Shown here in pieces: positions 45,918 to 55,101 of a DNA stretch of 64,000 nucleotides (its first letter is position 1; each line of letters begins with the position of its first letter). The notes beneath the pieces are model-generated. The model was not told the origin of the DNA. It did no database searches and was given only the letters and a program-made list of their open reading frames with translations. The position numbers were made by a program, and so were the translations under genes. The DNA comes from Candidatus Poriferisodalis sp. (GTDB taxonomy: Bacteria > Actinomycetota > Acidimicrobiia > Acidimicrobiales > Poriferisodalaceae), in assembly GCF_965204125.1 (NCBI RefSeq), contig NZ_OZ241968.1, positions 1,048,840 to 1,112,839 on the forward strand, written 5' to 3'.

Positions 45918-48900
45918 GTGCCGCATCACGGCGGCCCCAACCCATTGACGTCAGGCAGAGAACTCAGAACTGTGACCACGCGACCCCGTCCACGTGGCCG
46001 GCGCTCGCTTGCCGTGGCCCTTGCGACAATGCTCGTCGCGTCGGTGCTGGCGGTGACAGCGGGTACCCCAGCCCACGCCGCGAATACCGCTGGCGAGTAC
46101 CTCACCGCCGATGGCGAGCGTGAGTTCGCCGGCAGCGACCGCTACCAGACGGCGCTGAGGCTCGCAGAGCGCTTCGCCGATGACCGCGGCGGCATCGGCT
46201 CGGTGTCGAATGCGTTCATCGCATCGGGCGAAACGCTGGTGGATGCTGTGTCGGCAGCCGGCCTCGCCGGCTTCATGGACGCGCCGGTGCTGTTGACTCG
46301 CTCGGACCGCCTGCACAGCGCAGTGGCCGACTTCCTCGACGACTACGGCATCGGCACCATTCACGTGCTCGGCGGAACCGCTGCCGTCAGCGACGGCGTG
46401 ATCGACGAGCTCAAGGGGCTGGCCGGCGTCGGCTCAGTGGAGCGCATCGCCGGCGACACCCGCTACGACACGTCGGCGGCCATTGCGTCGCACCTGTCGG
46501 GCGAGTCGTGGTGCGGCACCAATGAGAACTCGGCGATCTTGGCGAACGGCGCCGATGAGCGGCTGTTCGATGCTGTGGCGATCGGCCCGGTGGCGAACCG
46601 GCTCGAGCTGCCGGTGCTGCTGACGGCCGGCGACGAGCTGGCGGACGCAGTGCTCGCCTACATCGAGTCGGACGACATCGAGCATGTGGTGATGGTGGGT
46701 GGCGAGGCCAGCGTGTCGGCTGCCGTCGAGCAGGCGCTGCGCGATGCCGGCGTGGACACGGTGGAGCGCATCGGCGGCGACTCTGCGGCCGCGACCTCGG
46801 TTGCGATTGCCGAGACCATCGGCGGCGACTGTGCCGACGACCTGTCGCCGGTCTCGGTGGACACGGTGGCATTGGTGAACCAGGACAGCCTGGCCGACGG
46901 CATCTCGGCCGTTCCGGTGCTGGCCGACGACACCGACCAGCTCGGCGGCGGCCTCGTGCCGATGCTCGCCGTGGGCGGCACGCTGCCCGCTTCGGTGCGC
47001 GACTACCTGGCTGCGACCCCTGAGGAGGACTCGGCCGGCAACAAGGTGCACCTGCGGGTGCTGGCTGTGGGCGGCACTGCGGCGGTGAGCGACTCGGTGA
47101 TGGCTGCTGCTGTTGCCGCGGCCGGCGCCGCCGACGCGCTCACGGTCACCATCAGCGCTTCGGCCGACAAGGCAGATGCCGGCCTGGGCGACGCCAGGGG
47201 TCAGAACACGGTGCACCTGCACTTCAGCGACGACATCTCCCGGGCCGACAACGCCAATCTGCGCAACAAGCTCGAGGACATCCTGCAGATCAACGGCGTG
47301 CCGGCCGACATCGCAAGCGATGCCCCCGGGATCGAGGCACCGTGCGATCCCGACACGGTCACCGTGACGCTGGAGCGCAATCTGAAGGCAGGCGACACCG
47401 TGTCGATCGTGTCCGGGGCAGTGCTGGTGGGCGCCGACGGCGACCGCCGCACGGTGCAGCCCGTCTCGGCCACCGTGCCCGCAGCGCCGGTCGACCGGCA
47501 GCGCCCGTCGCTTCGCATCATCGCCATCGTCGGCGACAACATTGTGTGGGGCCTGATCTCCGATGACACGGCCTTGAGCGAAGCGGGGCTGCTCGCTGAG
47601 AACCTGACCAATGCCGACGGCAAGCCGCTGTTCGAGCAGACATCGTCTTCGGGCACGGCAGGACTCTTCGAGTTGCACGCCGAAGGCATCGCCTTCGACA
47701 CCCCTGGCGCGCAGCGCACGACCGCCCGATTCCGCTATTTCCTCCAGGACGACCCCGCTACGCCGGACGTCAACGAGGGCATCGTGAGCGCCAACGACCG
47801 CTTCCGGGCGAATCGCGGCGCCATCGTGGACGCTGCGGGCAACGAGAGCCAGGTCACCACTGGGGTGCCGGTGCAGCCGGTCAGCAAGCTGCGGGTGAGC
47901 AGCGTGCTGATGAGCGAACTGAGCCACACGGCCCAGGCACGGGCACTCGTGCCCTCGGCGCACAGGTTCGAGACGCCGCCCGAGCTGCGCTTCGTGGACC
48001 CGAACATTCCGTCGCCGAGCGCGTCGGACAACCCGTCGAACCCGGCGGTGTGGCTGCAGGCCAAGGCCGACGGGGCTGCTGCTGGCGCCTACGGCAACCT
48101 GTGGACCGTTCGGGCCGACCGGTCGAGCTCGTGGGACGGCAGCAAGGATCCCGAGGTGGAGGTGCTGGCCAGCGTCTCGGCACGGCAGGTGTTCGTGCGC
48201 GTCGTCAACGGCGAGCCGAGATTCTCCGACGTGAGCGCCGCTCTGGAGGCGCACCCGGTGGTCAGCAGCCTGTTCAACGTGATCGTCGACAACCTGTACG
48301 TCAACAACACCGACACCTGCGAGCTGGCGAACCCGAAGATCCAGCACCAGCTGCTGCCCGCCACCGGCGACGAGGCGGGCGCCGACGGCGACGACGTCCA
48401 GGCGCTCGTGGGGGGTGTCACCAAGGCCGGTTTCCGTGTGAACTTCAACGGCTGGATCGAGAGCATGAACGCCGACCAAGCCGCTCGGCTGCTGGCGGCC
48501 CTGCTCGATGACACGCTGGCGCGGTACAAGGCCGCGGTACCGGTGCAGGGCGACAACAGCGAGACCGATCTCGACGACCTGCGTGCGATTCTCGGCGAGT
48601 TCGACCCCGACGGCGTCACGCAGGGCACGCCGCTGGCGCTGTTCGTGAAGGTGACCGGGGACGGTCCGCGGACTGTCGTGGAGTTCAAGGTGGAGACGAA
48701 CCACGCTGTGGCGCTGCCGCAGCCGCGTGACATCGTGGACATTGCTGACGGCTTCGACACCGACGCCGACGGCGACCCGGTGGACGGCGACGACCAGACC
48801 GACGGGGTGCAGCGCACTGACACCGGCGGGCGGTCGGTGGTGGACGGCTACGGCGACAACCACTCCGACGGCACCACCGACAACGACTTCAACTACGGCT

Positions 48901-48947
48901 CACGGGTGCGGATAGCCCGCAGCAGCAGCGTCACCCCGCCCGACTAG
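45918..48947 (+). CDS. Large CWB2-anchored surface protein, putative S-layer-type paralog S4 (different upstream region)
   Basis: Signal peptide RGRRSLAVALATMLVASVLAVTAGTPAHAANT. By homology the start could be GTG 45972 (VTTRPRPRGRRS). GTG 45918 has an AAGG 11 nt upstream. CWB2 motifs GSDRYQTALRLAERF, AGDTRYDTSAAIASHL and GGDSAAATSVAIAETI. Tail NDFNYGSRVRIARSSSVTPPD. Confidence 0.85.
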   Translation: MPHHGGPNPLTSGRELRTVTTRPRPRGRRSLAVALATMLVASVLAVTAGTPAHAANTAGEYLTADGEREFAGSDRYQTALRLAERFADDRGGIGSVSNAFIASGETLVDAVSAAGLAGFMDAPVLLTRSDRLHSAVADFLDDYGIGTIHVLGGTAAVSDGVIDELKGLAGVGSVERIAGDTRYDTSAAIASHLSGESWCGTNENSAILANGADERLFDAVAIGPVANRLELPVLLTAGDELADAVLAYIESDDIEHVVMVGGEASVSAAVEQALRDAGVDTVERIGGDSAAATSVAIAETIGGDCADDLSPVSVDTVALVNQDSLADGISAVPVLADDTDQLGGGLVPMLAVGGTLPASVRDYLAATPEEDSAGNKVHLRVLAVGGTAAVSDSVMAAAVAAAGAADALTVTISASADKADAGLGDARGQNTVHLHFSDDISRADNANLRNKLEDILQINGVPADIASDAPGIEAPCDPDTVTVTLERNLKAGDTVSIVSGAVLVGADGDRRTVQPVSATVPAAPVDRQRPSLRIIAIVGDNIVWGLISDDTALSEAGLLAENLTNADGKPLFEQTSSSGTAGLFELHAEGIAFDTPGAQRTTARFRYFLQDDPATPDVNEGIVSANDRFRANRGAIVDAAGNESQVTTGVPVQPVSKLRVSSVLMSELSHTAQARALVPSAHRFETPPELRFVDPNIPSPSASDNPSNPAVWLQAKADGAAAGAYGNLWTVRADRSSSWDGSKDPEVEVLASVSARQVFVRVVNGEPRFSDVSAALEAHPVVSSLFNVIVDNLYVNNTDTCELANPKIQHQLLPATGDEAGADGDDVQALVGGVTKAGFRVNFNGWIESMNADQAARLLAALLDDTLARYKAAVPVQGDNSETDLDDLRAILGEFDPDGVTQGTPLALFVKVTGDGPRTVVEFKVETNHAVALPQPRDIVDIADGFDTDADGDPVDGDDQTDGVQRTDTGGRSVVDGYGDNHSDGTTDNDFNYGSRVRIARSSSVTPPD

Positions 48948-49366
48948 GCGCCGGCGTCGACCCATGGGTCGATCAGCCGGAGGTCGAGGCCTTCGAAGTG
49001 CGAGACGTTGCGCGTGGCCAAGGCCAGCCGTCGCACACCGGCAGTGGCTGCGATGAGCGCATCGCCCAAATCGAGGCTGCGGCCCGCACGCCGAGCCTGT
49101 ACCCGCAACTCGGCGGCGTGCTCTGCTTCGGCGGGGCCCACGGGCACCACCCGGCGCACCACCGAGGCGAGCTGGCGGACGGCACTGGCGATGGCATCGC
49201 GACGTCGGCCCGGAGCCATCAGCCCGATGCCGTACTCAAGCTCGTGCAGCACGATCGCAGACAGCCACAGGTTCGGTTCGCCCGACAGGAACGCCATGAC
49301 GTTGGCGTCGGGCTCTGGCCGAGCAGCCTCGGAGACGACGTTGGTGTCGAGCAGGATGCCGTTCAC
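48944..49366 (-). CDS. vapC: PIN-domain toxin VapC
   Basis: MNGILLDTNVVSEAARPEPDANVMAFL...LIAATAGVRRLALATRNVSHFEGL. Its stop codon overlaps the S4 stop codon (convergent overlap 48944-48947). Confidence 0.85.
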   Translation of the reverse strand: MNGILLDTNVVSEAARPEPDANVMAFLSGEPNLWLSAIVLHELEYGIGLMAPGRRRDAIASAVRQLASVVRRVVPVGPAEAEHAAELRVQARRAGRSLDLGDALIAATAGVRRLALATRNVSHFEGLDLRLIDPWVDAGA

Positions 49367-49704
49367 GAAGCGTGCCCCGTAGCGCCAGCGCTGGCACCGC
49401 CGTCGTCATCGTCGATGAACGGAGTGGGCCGGCTCGAATGGCGATCCGGCAGTTCCAGCTCGTAACCGCGGGGCAGTGTCTCGACGAGCCACCGCCCCAC
49501 GTGCACCTCAGGTTCGGCCCGTTCGCGCCAGACGTGCTCAGGAACGACCACGAACGTTCTGCGTGTGCCGATGCGCTGGGGACCGTCTTCTTCGGCGCAG
49601 CGGAGAATGTGTGACAGGCGCGCCTTCGCTTCGGACACCGTCCAGACCCGATCCGCTCCAGTCTCTCCAGCAGGCATCAGACCCCCGTCAGTACCATCGC
49701 TCAA
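49363..49704 (-). CDS. Phd/YefM-type antitoxin (VapB-like)
   Basis: VWTVSEAKARLSHILRCAEEDGPQRIGTRRTFVVVPEHVW. Its stop overlaps the vapC start. The start may be the internal ATG at 49677. Confidence 0.7.
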   Translation of the reverse strand: MSDGTDGGLMPAGETGADRVWTVSEAKARLSHILRCAEEDGPQRIGTRRTFVVVPEHVWRERAEPEVHVGRWLVETLPRGYELELPDRHSSRPTPFIDDDDGGASAGATGHAS

Positions 49705-49775
49705 CCCAAACTAGTCCATATTGGACTATTTCCCATCACGCTGTGGCGCTGCCGCAGCAGCGTCGCACCGCCCTC

Positions 49776-50207
49776 CTAGGAGCCGGCGTCGACCCATGGG
49801 TTGATGACGTTCAGCCCGTCGAATCGGCTGAAGCCGCTGGCGTCGCGTGTCACCACGCTCATCGAGTGGACCAGGGCTGTGGCCGCGATGAGGGCGTCGC
49901 TGACTGGAGCTGGGTCGGGAACGTGCAAGGCTGCTGCGGTGCGGGCGACCTCGACGTCGACCGCCAGGATGCGGCCCTCGAACGCCGCATGAACGTCGTT
50001 GTCGAGCCATCGGCGCAGCACCATGCCCGATGAGCGATCGCGACGCTCGACCAGCTGCACGCCGATCTCAAGCTCCATGTCGGTCACTGCCGAGATGTAC
50101 GCCAGCGCCGGCTCGATCCGCGACGCCCAGCTCACAACCTGCTCGTCGGCCTTTCCGGATGGGGCACGGCGCAGCTCGGACACCACGTTGGTGTCGAGCA
50201 CGTACAT
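49776..50207 (-). CDS. vapC: PIN-domain toxin VapC (second copy)
   Basis: MYVLDTNVVSELRRAPSGKADEQVVSWA...LIAATALVHSMSVVTRDASGFSRF. ATG 50207 overlaps the antitoxin stop by 1 nt. Confidence 0.85.
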   Translation of the reverse strand: MYVLDTNVVSELRRAPSGKADEQVVSWASRIEPALAYISAVTDMELEIGVQLVERRDRSSGMVLRRWLDNDVHAAFEGRILAVDVEVARTAAALHVPDPAPVSDALIAATALVHSMSVVTRDASGFSRFDGLNVINPWVDAGS

Positions 50208-50449
50208 CAACCGAGCTCTGCCGGCTGTGCGAGCTCGTCGCGCGCCGGCAGGGGCAGATCGACCTCGCTTGCGCCGGGGGTGGCGCCGAGCAGGTCCACC
50301 AGCGACAGGCTGCCGCCGACAAGAAGCCGGTAGTTCTCATAGGTGAGCAGCACGTGAGTCGGCTGGCCCCGGTTCGTCACGAAGACCGGTCCGCGGCGGG
50401 CAGCTGTCTTGGCGTCGCCGGTCGCCTGGTTGAACTCCCGGCTCGTCAT
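50207..50449 (-). CDS. Phd/YefM-type antitoxin
   Basis: MTSREFNQATGDAKTAARRGPVFVTNRGQPTHVLLTYENYRLL. ATG 50449 has a GGAG upstream. The ORF is open from 50503. Confidence 0.75.
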   Translation of the reverse strand: MTSREFNQATGDAKTAARRGPVFVTNRGQPTHVLLTYENYRLLVGGSLSLVDLLGATPGASEVDLPLPARDELAQPAELG

Positions 50450-50574
50450 CTGCGTTCCCGCTCCAGTCGATGCCTTCATATGTAGCAATATTACTACTTC
50501 CAAGGGAGAAGCCCGCCACAGCTCGTTGCGCAGTGACGACAGGCGTGTGCGATCGGCACGCCCGAAGTGCTTCG

Positions 50575-50629
50575 TGAACGGCCGCTGAGAAGGCTGTCAG
50601 GGCTCGGAATCTCACGGCAAGGAGCCGAT
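50575..50629 (+). repeat. Degenerate, truncated surface-gene leader copy E'
   Basis: gtgaacggccgctgagaaggctgtcagggctcggaatctcacggcaaggagccga aligns with gaacggccgtctagcgagctgtcagggctcgagatcgcacggaaaggagccga of copy G, then diverges. Confidence 0.65.
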
Positions 50630-50740
50630 TGCGCCTACTAACCGAACCGTTCGACGACCCGAGGATAATCCAACGCCCTCGTTATCGGATCAGCCGTCTC
50701 TTCAGCCAGCGGCAGCAAACGCAGGCTGGACATCAGCAGA

Positions 50741-51349
50741 TCATTGGTCGCGCATCAGTCTCGGGATGAGTGAATCCATCTGGAATGAGGCCCAGCAGGC
50801 CTGTGCAAGCTCGTTCCCGTGGTTGCGCCACGTTGCGTTCACAACCTTGAGTCCCTTTTCTTGGATTCGCTCGACGGCAGGCACGAAGTCCGAGTCTCCC
50901 GAGACGAGCACCGCTACCTGAAGCGCGCCTTCCCAGGCCAACGACAGAAGATCCGTCGCGATTGCGGCGTCGACGCCCTTCTCGGGAGCTCGTCGGAACG
51001 GCGTCCCGCACGTGGGGCACGCGCTGGTCTGGGTCTTGCACGAGTTGCACCAGATGCCGCCCGTTCGCACGCGACGCTCACGCAGCTTGACGCGAAAGCT
51101 GGGTTGGCGGTCAATGAAGCTGGTGAGCCACTGGCTGAGGTTGCCTTCACTCGACGAGACGCTCGCGTAGACGAGTGTCTCGTCGAGCGCAAGGGAGTCA
51201 GAGATTCCAGCTACTTCGAGACTCTTGCCAGCCTCTTGCACCAAGACGCGTGGAAGAGCCTTCCAGTCACAGTTGGCCCGACTTGAGCGCTCGTTCCAAT
51301 TGAGCTGAAAGTTCCAGTAATCGACGAACAGACGAGTTCCGAGTCGCAT
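50741..51349 (-). CDS. NYN/LabA-like (PIN-like) domain protein with an inserted Cys4 zinc ribbon
   Basis: Likely start ATG 51349 (MRLGTRLFVDYWNF). CNSCKTQTSACPTCGTPF. GVDAAIATDLLSLAWEGALQVAVLVSGDSDFVPAVERIQEKGLKV. Confidence 0.75.
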   Translation of the reverse strand: MRLGTRLFVDYWNFQLNWNERSSRANCDWKALPRVLVQEAGKSLEVAGISDSLALDETLVYASVSSSEGNLSQWLTSFIDRQPSFRVKLRERRVRTGGIWCNSCKTQTSACPTCGTPFRRAPEKGVDAAIATDLLSLAWEGALQVAVLVSGDSDFVPAVERIQEKGLKVVNATWRNHGNELAQACWASFQMDSLIPRLMRDQ

Positions 51350-51636
51350 CTTGGCTCCCAGGGGTAGGCGCGGGGACGTCAGGAGAACGGCCCCTTGAAG
51401 CACTAGCGCTCAGGCTGCCCCGTGGCCAAACGAAATACGGGGAGCGGCAATTGCCGCTCCCCGGGGGTTTCATACAGGCGGCGCAGCGATGGCCGACCGC
51501 CTGGGGATCTAATGGCTGCTAACCCTACCATTGCCCGCCGCATGGTCGACAGCAGATTTGAGCATCCGGCTAGGTCCCGACGTGCGAGGAATCGAGTGGA
51601 GCGGGGGCTAGCGACGGGCGATGCGGGCCAGAAGGC

Positions 51637-51825
51637 GACGATCGTAACGGTCAGCCCCGTCGAGCAACGCTGCGGCCGAGGCCGACCGCGGCGGCCCAGG
51701 CACCGCACATACAGACCCATCTGGGGACTGTCAGCACCCGAGATCGCACGGAAAGGAGCCGAGCAAGGAGAGAAGGAACCGTGGCTGCTCGGGCGAAGCG
51801 GCGGCGCGAGCCTTGTGCGTGAGCT
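51637..51825 (+). repeat. Orphan leader copy F (long form with ~95-nt upstream extension; inverted twin of copy B)
   Basis: gacgatcgtaacggtcagccccgtcgagcaacgctgcggccgaggccgaccgcggcggcccaggcaccgcacatacagacccatctggggactgtcagcacccgagatcgcacggaaaggagccgagcaaggagagaaggaaccGTGgctgctcgggcgaagcggcggcgcgag. Confidence 0.85.
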
Positions 51826-51955
51826 GGGTCAACCTGGGTTGCCCTCCATCTGACGTTGTGTGCATACTGTTGGCGGTCGGCGGCTAGCCCATAGGCCCCC
51901 GCCGAAAGTACGCCCCGGATCGGCTGCCGGCTGGCAGCTCCGGGGCCTCTGCGTG

Positions 51956-52405
51956 TCAGGACGCGATGTCAGGCCACCGTGTCACCGCTCGAACCCGGCC
52001 GGCGATCAAGGCGAACGCAGTCCTGTTCACCCCACACAGGTGATCGGTACGAGCTCCTGCCAGCAAGTCAGGCAAGCTCAGCATGATTTCGCTCTTGTTG
52101 TCATGTCGCAGTCGAACCGCGCTGATCAGTCCTTGACCCCGCAACCTCCTGAGAACCTGGTGGTCCTTCTGATCTAGCTGGCCAGGACCTAACTGCAGTC
52201 TCGAACGGCTCTCGATCACAATCTCGGCCACGCCGAACTCATTCGAGAGCGACGCCAAGGCTCGCTGCAGCAGTCTCGCCCGGACGTGATGTTCAGAATG
52301 GTGCTGCCGATGAACTGCTTGGGACGTCTCCACGAGCTTGGCATCGTCACCGTGAGATCGTGTCGCACCCGGTGCAAGAGACTCGTCCAGTTGGGTCTCG
52401 AGCAT
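51956..52405 (-). CDS. Hypothetical protein (149 aa), second gene of a two-gene module
   Basis: ATG 52405 preceded by ctAGGAGccgcagcta (SD, 9-nt spacing). The sequence SEIMLSLPDLLAGA faintly recalls the C-terminal motif of DUF3800-type proteins; this is unconfirmed. Confidence 0.5.
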   Translation of the reverse strand: MLETQLDESLAPGATRSHGDDAKLVETSQAVHRQHHSEHHVRARLLQRALASLSNEFGVAEIVIESRSRLQLGPGQLDQKDHQVLRRLRGQGLISAVRLRHDNKSEIMLSLPDLLAGARTDHLCGVNRTAFALIAGRVRAVTRWPDIAS

Positions 52406-52425
52406 TAGCTGCGGCTCCTAGAGAA

Positions 52426-52659
52426 TCACGGCAGGCTCCTGGTACAGCGATTCTCGAACGACTCAGGATCGACCTGTGGCGAGAAGATCCCGACGGGTCC
52501 AATCGCGGTCCTCGCAGCATGCAAGGCCAACAGCTCAGGCAGCCTTGCATCATCGGCTTGATCGGCAAAACCAATTTGACTGAATGTCGCCGAGAGCCGG
52601 ATTTGCCGTGGAACTGCCGCAGAAGCACGGCCTAGACGCAAGGTCTGCGCAACCGACAC
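52426..52659 (-). CDS. Hypothetical small protein (77 aa), first gene of the two-gene module
   Basis: GTG start. It ends 20 nt before the downstream gene's ATG. No recognised motif. Confidence 0.4.
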   Translation of the reverse strand: MSVAQTLRLGRASAAVPRQIRLSATFSQIGFADQADDARLPELLALHAARTAIGPVGIFSPQVDPESFENRCTRSLP

Positions 52660-52675
52660 GATCCGCGCTGCGCAT

Positions 52676-52815
52676 GAACGGCCGTCTAGCGAGCTGTCAG
52701 GGCTCGAGATCGCACGGAAAGGAGCCGAACAAGGAGAAACAGGATCGTGTCTGTTCGTTCGAACCCACGAGGCGGGTGGTTCTTCGCGCCCGCTTCGATC
52801 GTTGGGTTGTATCTG
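52676..52815 (+). repeat. Orphan leader copy G with a decayed 5' coding remnant
   Basis: gaacggccgtctagcgagctgtcagggctcgagatcgcacggaaaggagccgaacaaggagaaacaggatcGTGtctgttcgttcgaacccacgaggcgggtggttcttcgcg. The remnant aligns with ttgactacctactcgaagcggcgaggcaggcgttccctcgc. Confidence 0.85.
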
Positions 52816-52827
52816 GGGCGCCGCGAG

Positions 52828-53580
52828 CTAGGGCCTGCGGGTGAGGAGTCGGTAGGTCGCCAGTCCGCGGTCGGCTTCAGTCTGGTCGAGCGTGTCCCAC
52901 GCGGGGTGTTGTCGATCGTTCATTTCTGATCGTCTGGCGAGCCGCTGGCGGTCTTTGCGGTCCAGTTCGTCGGCCGTCGCCAGTGGGTGTTCGACCAGGC
53001 TGAGCAGCAGCGCGAGATCTGAGCGCTGGGCGAGTGGAACGTCGTCATCGTCGACCGCGCATGCCTTGCAGATGATGGCCCCCAGCAGGGACGGCCGAGG
53101 CACGAGCCCCACCTGTCCTTCAAACGTGACCGGCACCATTTCGGTTCGGTTGAGTGCCTGAGTGCCGCCGGTCACGGCCAGCGTCCGCCCTGGTGGAGTG
53201 GTTGTGAGGTCGGTGCGTTCGCCGAGCCCTTCGGGTGCCAGGACATCCACGCTGACGCCGTCGCGCCCGTAGCGATGAGCGATTCCGTCAGGCGAATGCC
53301 CGGCTAGTTCGTAGCCGCTTTCTTCGAGAGCGGCTACGAACTCTCGCACTGCCCCGGAGGCGACGCGAGCGTTGACAACTATGTCGAGGTCTGTTGAGAC
53401 TCGCGAGGGTTGTGCACCGTGCTCTAGGGCGTGCAGCAGCACCATCTGTCCGCCGATGAGCGTCCAGGTGGTCTGCTGAACTTCGGCCAGCTCGATGAGT
53501 GCTGGCCACAGCTGGTCATCGATGCCGGGCAGGACGGGCAGCGCGACGGGCTCCCGGTCGATGATCTTGCGGCCGTTCAT
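52828..53580 (-). CDS. Nucleotidyltransferase-fold protein (AbiEii-like toxin candidate)
   Basis: ATG 53580 (MNGRKIID) overlaps the upstream stop (ATGA). NTase signature TLIGGQMVLLHALEHGAQPSRVSTDLDIVV. The longer ORF extending to 54132 is Arg/Pro-rich and overlaps the partner gene. Confidence 0.6.
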   Translation of the reverse strand: MNGRKIIDREPVALPVLPGIDDQLWPALIELAEVQQTTWTLIGGQMVLLHALEHGAQPSRVSTDLDIVVNARVASGAVREFVAALEESGYELAGHSPDGIAHRYGRDGVSVDVLAPEGLGERTDLTTTPPGRTLAVTGGTQALNRTEMVPVTFEGQVGLVPRPSLLGAIICKACAVDDDDVPLAQRSDLALLLSLVEHPLATADELDRKDRQRLARRSEMNDRQHPAWDTLDQTEADRGLATYRLLTRRP

Positions 53581-54242
53581 GCTCTGGCCAGCAGCTCGCG
53601 TGCGGCGCGCTGGGTGCGTTGGTCGTGTGAGTCCAGCAGATCGACGGCCACGACGGGCGCTGAAGCCACGCGCTGGCCAGCCTCGAAGGGCCAGTCGTGG
53701 TCGCTGACGACTCGCAGTCGGACGTTGGGCCTGTCTGAGTGGGCGTCGAGGGCGAAGCGCTCGGCCAGTTCGGCGACCCGCGATTGGGGCACGTATGCCT
53801 CGGACTGGTCGCTCACCACCAAGTCGACGCGGTGATCGCCGAGCGCGCTGATGCCGCTGGCGACCACGCTCGGGTGCGAGAGCATCTCTGAGTGCACTGC
53901 TGGGTGCGCGTAGAACCAGCGGCTTCGGGCGCGGCTCGACAGGCGCCTGGCGAGCGGCTCGAGCCCGACTTGCAGCCGCTGCTTCGCCCGCGACCGGTCG
54001 ACCGGCGAGCCCCGCACGGCGTCCCCGTTCGCCAGCGCCAGCACGTTCCAGGCCGACGACGGGCTCCACGGCCGGCCGGCCTCGGGCCGGGCGGACGCAA
54101 ATCGTTGGACATCGGCACGGTCGAGCACCCATGATCGCCCGATCCGGCGGCCACTCAGCCGACCTGCGGCGACCAGCTGGTGGACGCGACGAGGGCTGAT
54201 GCTCAATTGCTTGGCGGCGTCCGCTATCCCGACCGGCTCCAT
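53577..54242 (-). CDS. HTH + AbiEi-like antitoxin/transcriptional regulator candidate
   Basis: N-terminal HTH MEPVGIADAAKQLSISPRRVHQLVAAGRLSGRRIGRSWVLDRADVQRF. Translationally coupled to the NTase gene. Confidence 0.6.
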   Translation of the reverse strand: MEPVGIADAAKQLSISPRRVHQLVAAGRLSGRRIGRSWVLDRADVQRFASARPEAGRPWSPSSAWNVLALANGDAVRGSPVDRSRAKQRLQVGLEPLARRLSSRARSRWFYAHPAVHSEMLSHPSVVASGISALGDHRVDLVVSDQSEAYVPQSRVAELAERFALDAHSDRPNVRLRVVSDHDWPFEAGQRVASAPVVAVDLLDSHDQRTQRAARELLARA

Positions 54243-54596
54243 ATCAATACTATACTTATTAGCGAAGTAATCTGTAATTCAGACTGCAGACCGAATTCGT
54301 AGTTGAAATCACTACGAGCCCTACGCACAAAGCAATACGCAAGAAATCAACAAGTCCGAAGCTCAAACACCGCGGACCGCAAGCCTTCTGAGAGGCTTCT
54401 GCGGTACGCGCGACACGTCCGGGATGTGCGTTTGCGACACGGCCCGGTGACGCACTGCACAACACACTGAGAATCTCCGGGAACCGCCACGGTCCGACCT
54501 TGAGAGGGCCACCTCGCGTCTGTGCGGGTCGGCTCTAGGCCGGTTTGCCAGAGGGACGGAGCGCCTCGGCGAGAGCGGGGCCGCGTCGCTACGACC

Positions 54597-54858
54597 ATGA
54601 GAACCGGCGCAGAGACGTTGGCGCTGCTGCGGGAGCACAAGCGCGAGCTCGTCGACCGGTTCGGCGTCGCTGGTCTTGCGCTGTTCGGCTCGAGCGTGCG
54701 TGACGAGGTTCGCAGCGAGCTTCGCCCCTATGTGGAGGCCGAGGCCGTCGATGTCTGATCCCCGGCTGCGTCGTTGGGATCACTACGTGCGCGACGACAT
54801 CCCGGCGCTAGTGCAATTGCTGCGAGAACTGCTCGAAGAGGCAGAAGCCCAGGACTGA
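54597..54858 (+). pseudogene. Relic of an MNT (nucleotidyltransferase) - HEPN toxin-antitoxin pair with an internal deletion
   Basis: MRTGAETLALLREHKRELVDRFGVAGLALFGSSVRDE is a typical MNT N-terminus, but the DxD catalytic segment is missing. Frame-shifted ORF 54676..54858 ends WDHYVRDDIPALVQLLRELL, which resembles a HEPN/DUF86 C-terminus. Confidence 0.5.
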
Positions 54859-54973
54859 GCTCAGCCGCAACCGACCGGTCGAGCGGCGTTTGTCGTCGCG
54901 ATTCCGGTCTCGCGTAGACGAATCCTGAGGTTCGCACAGCAACGCCGCACTGGGCCGTATCCGGGCGGCACGT

Positions 54974-55095
54974 GAACGGCTGTCAGGGCTCGAGTTCGCA
55001 CGGAAAGGAGCCGAACAAGGAGAAACAGGATCGTGTCTGTTCGTTCGAACCAGACGGGGTGGGCGGTTCGTCGAGCCGCCGCGGGCTCTCGGTTT
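54974..55095 (+). repeat. Orphan leader copy H with a decayed 5' coding remnant
   Basis: gaacggctgtcagggctcgagttcgcacggaaaggagccgaacaaggagaaacaggatcGTGtctgttcgttcgaaccagacggggtgggcggttcgtcgag. Almost identical to copy G through gttcgaacc. Confidence 0.85.
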
Positions 55096-55101
55096 TGGGT
55101 T

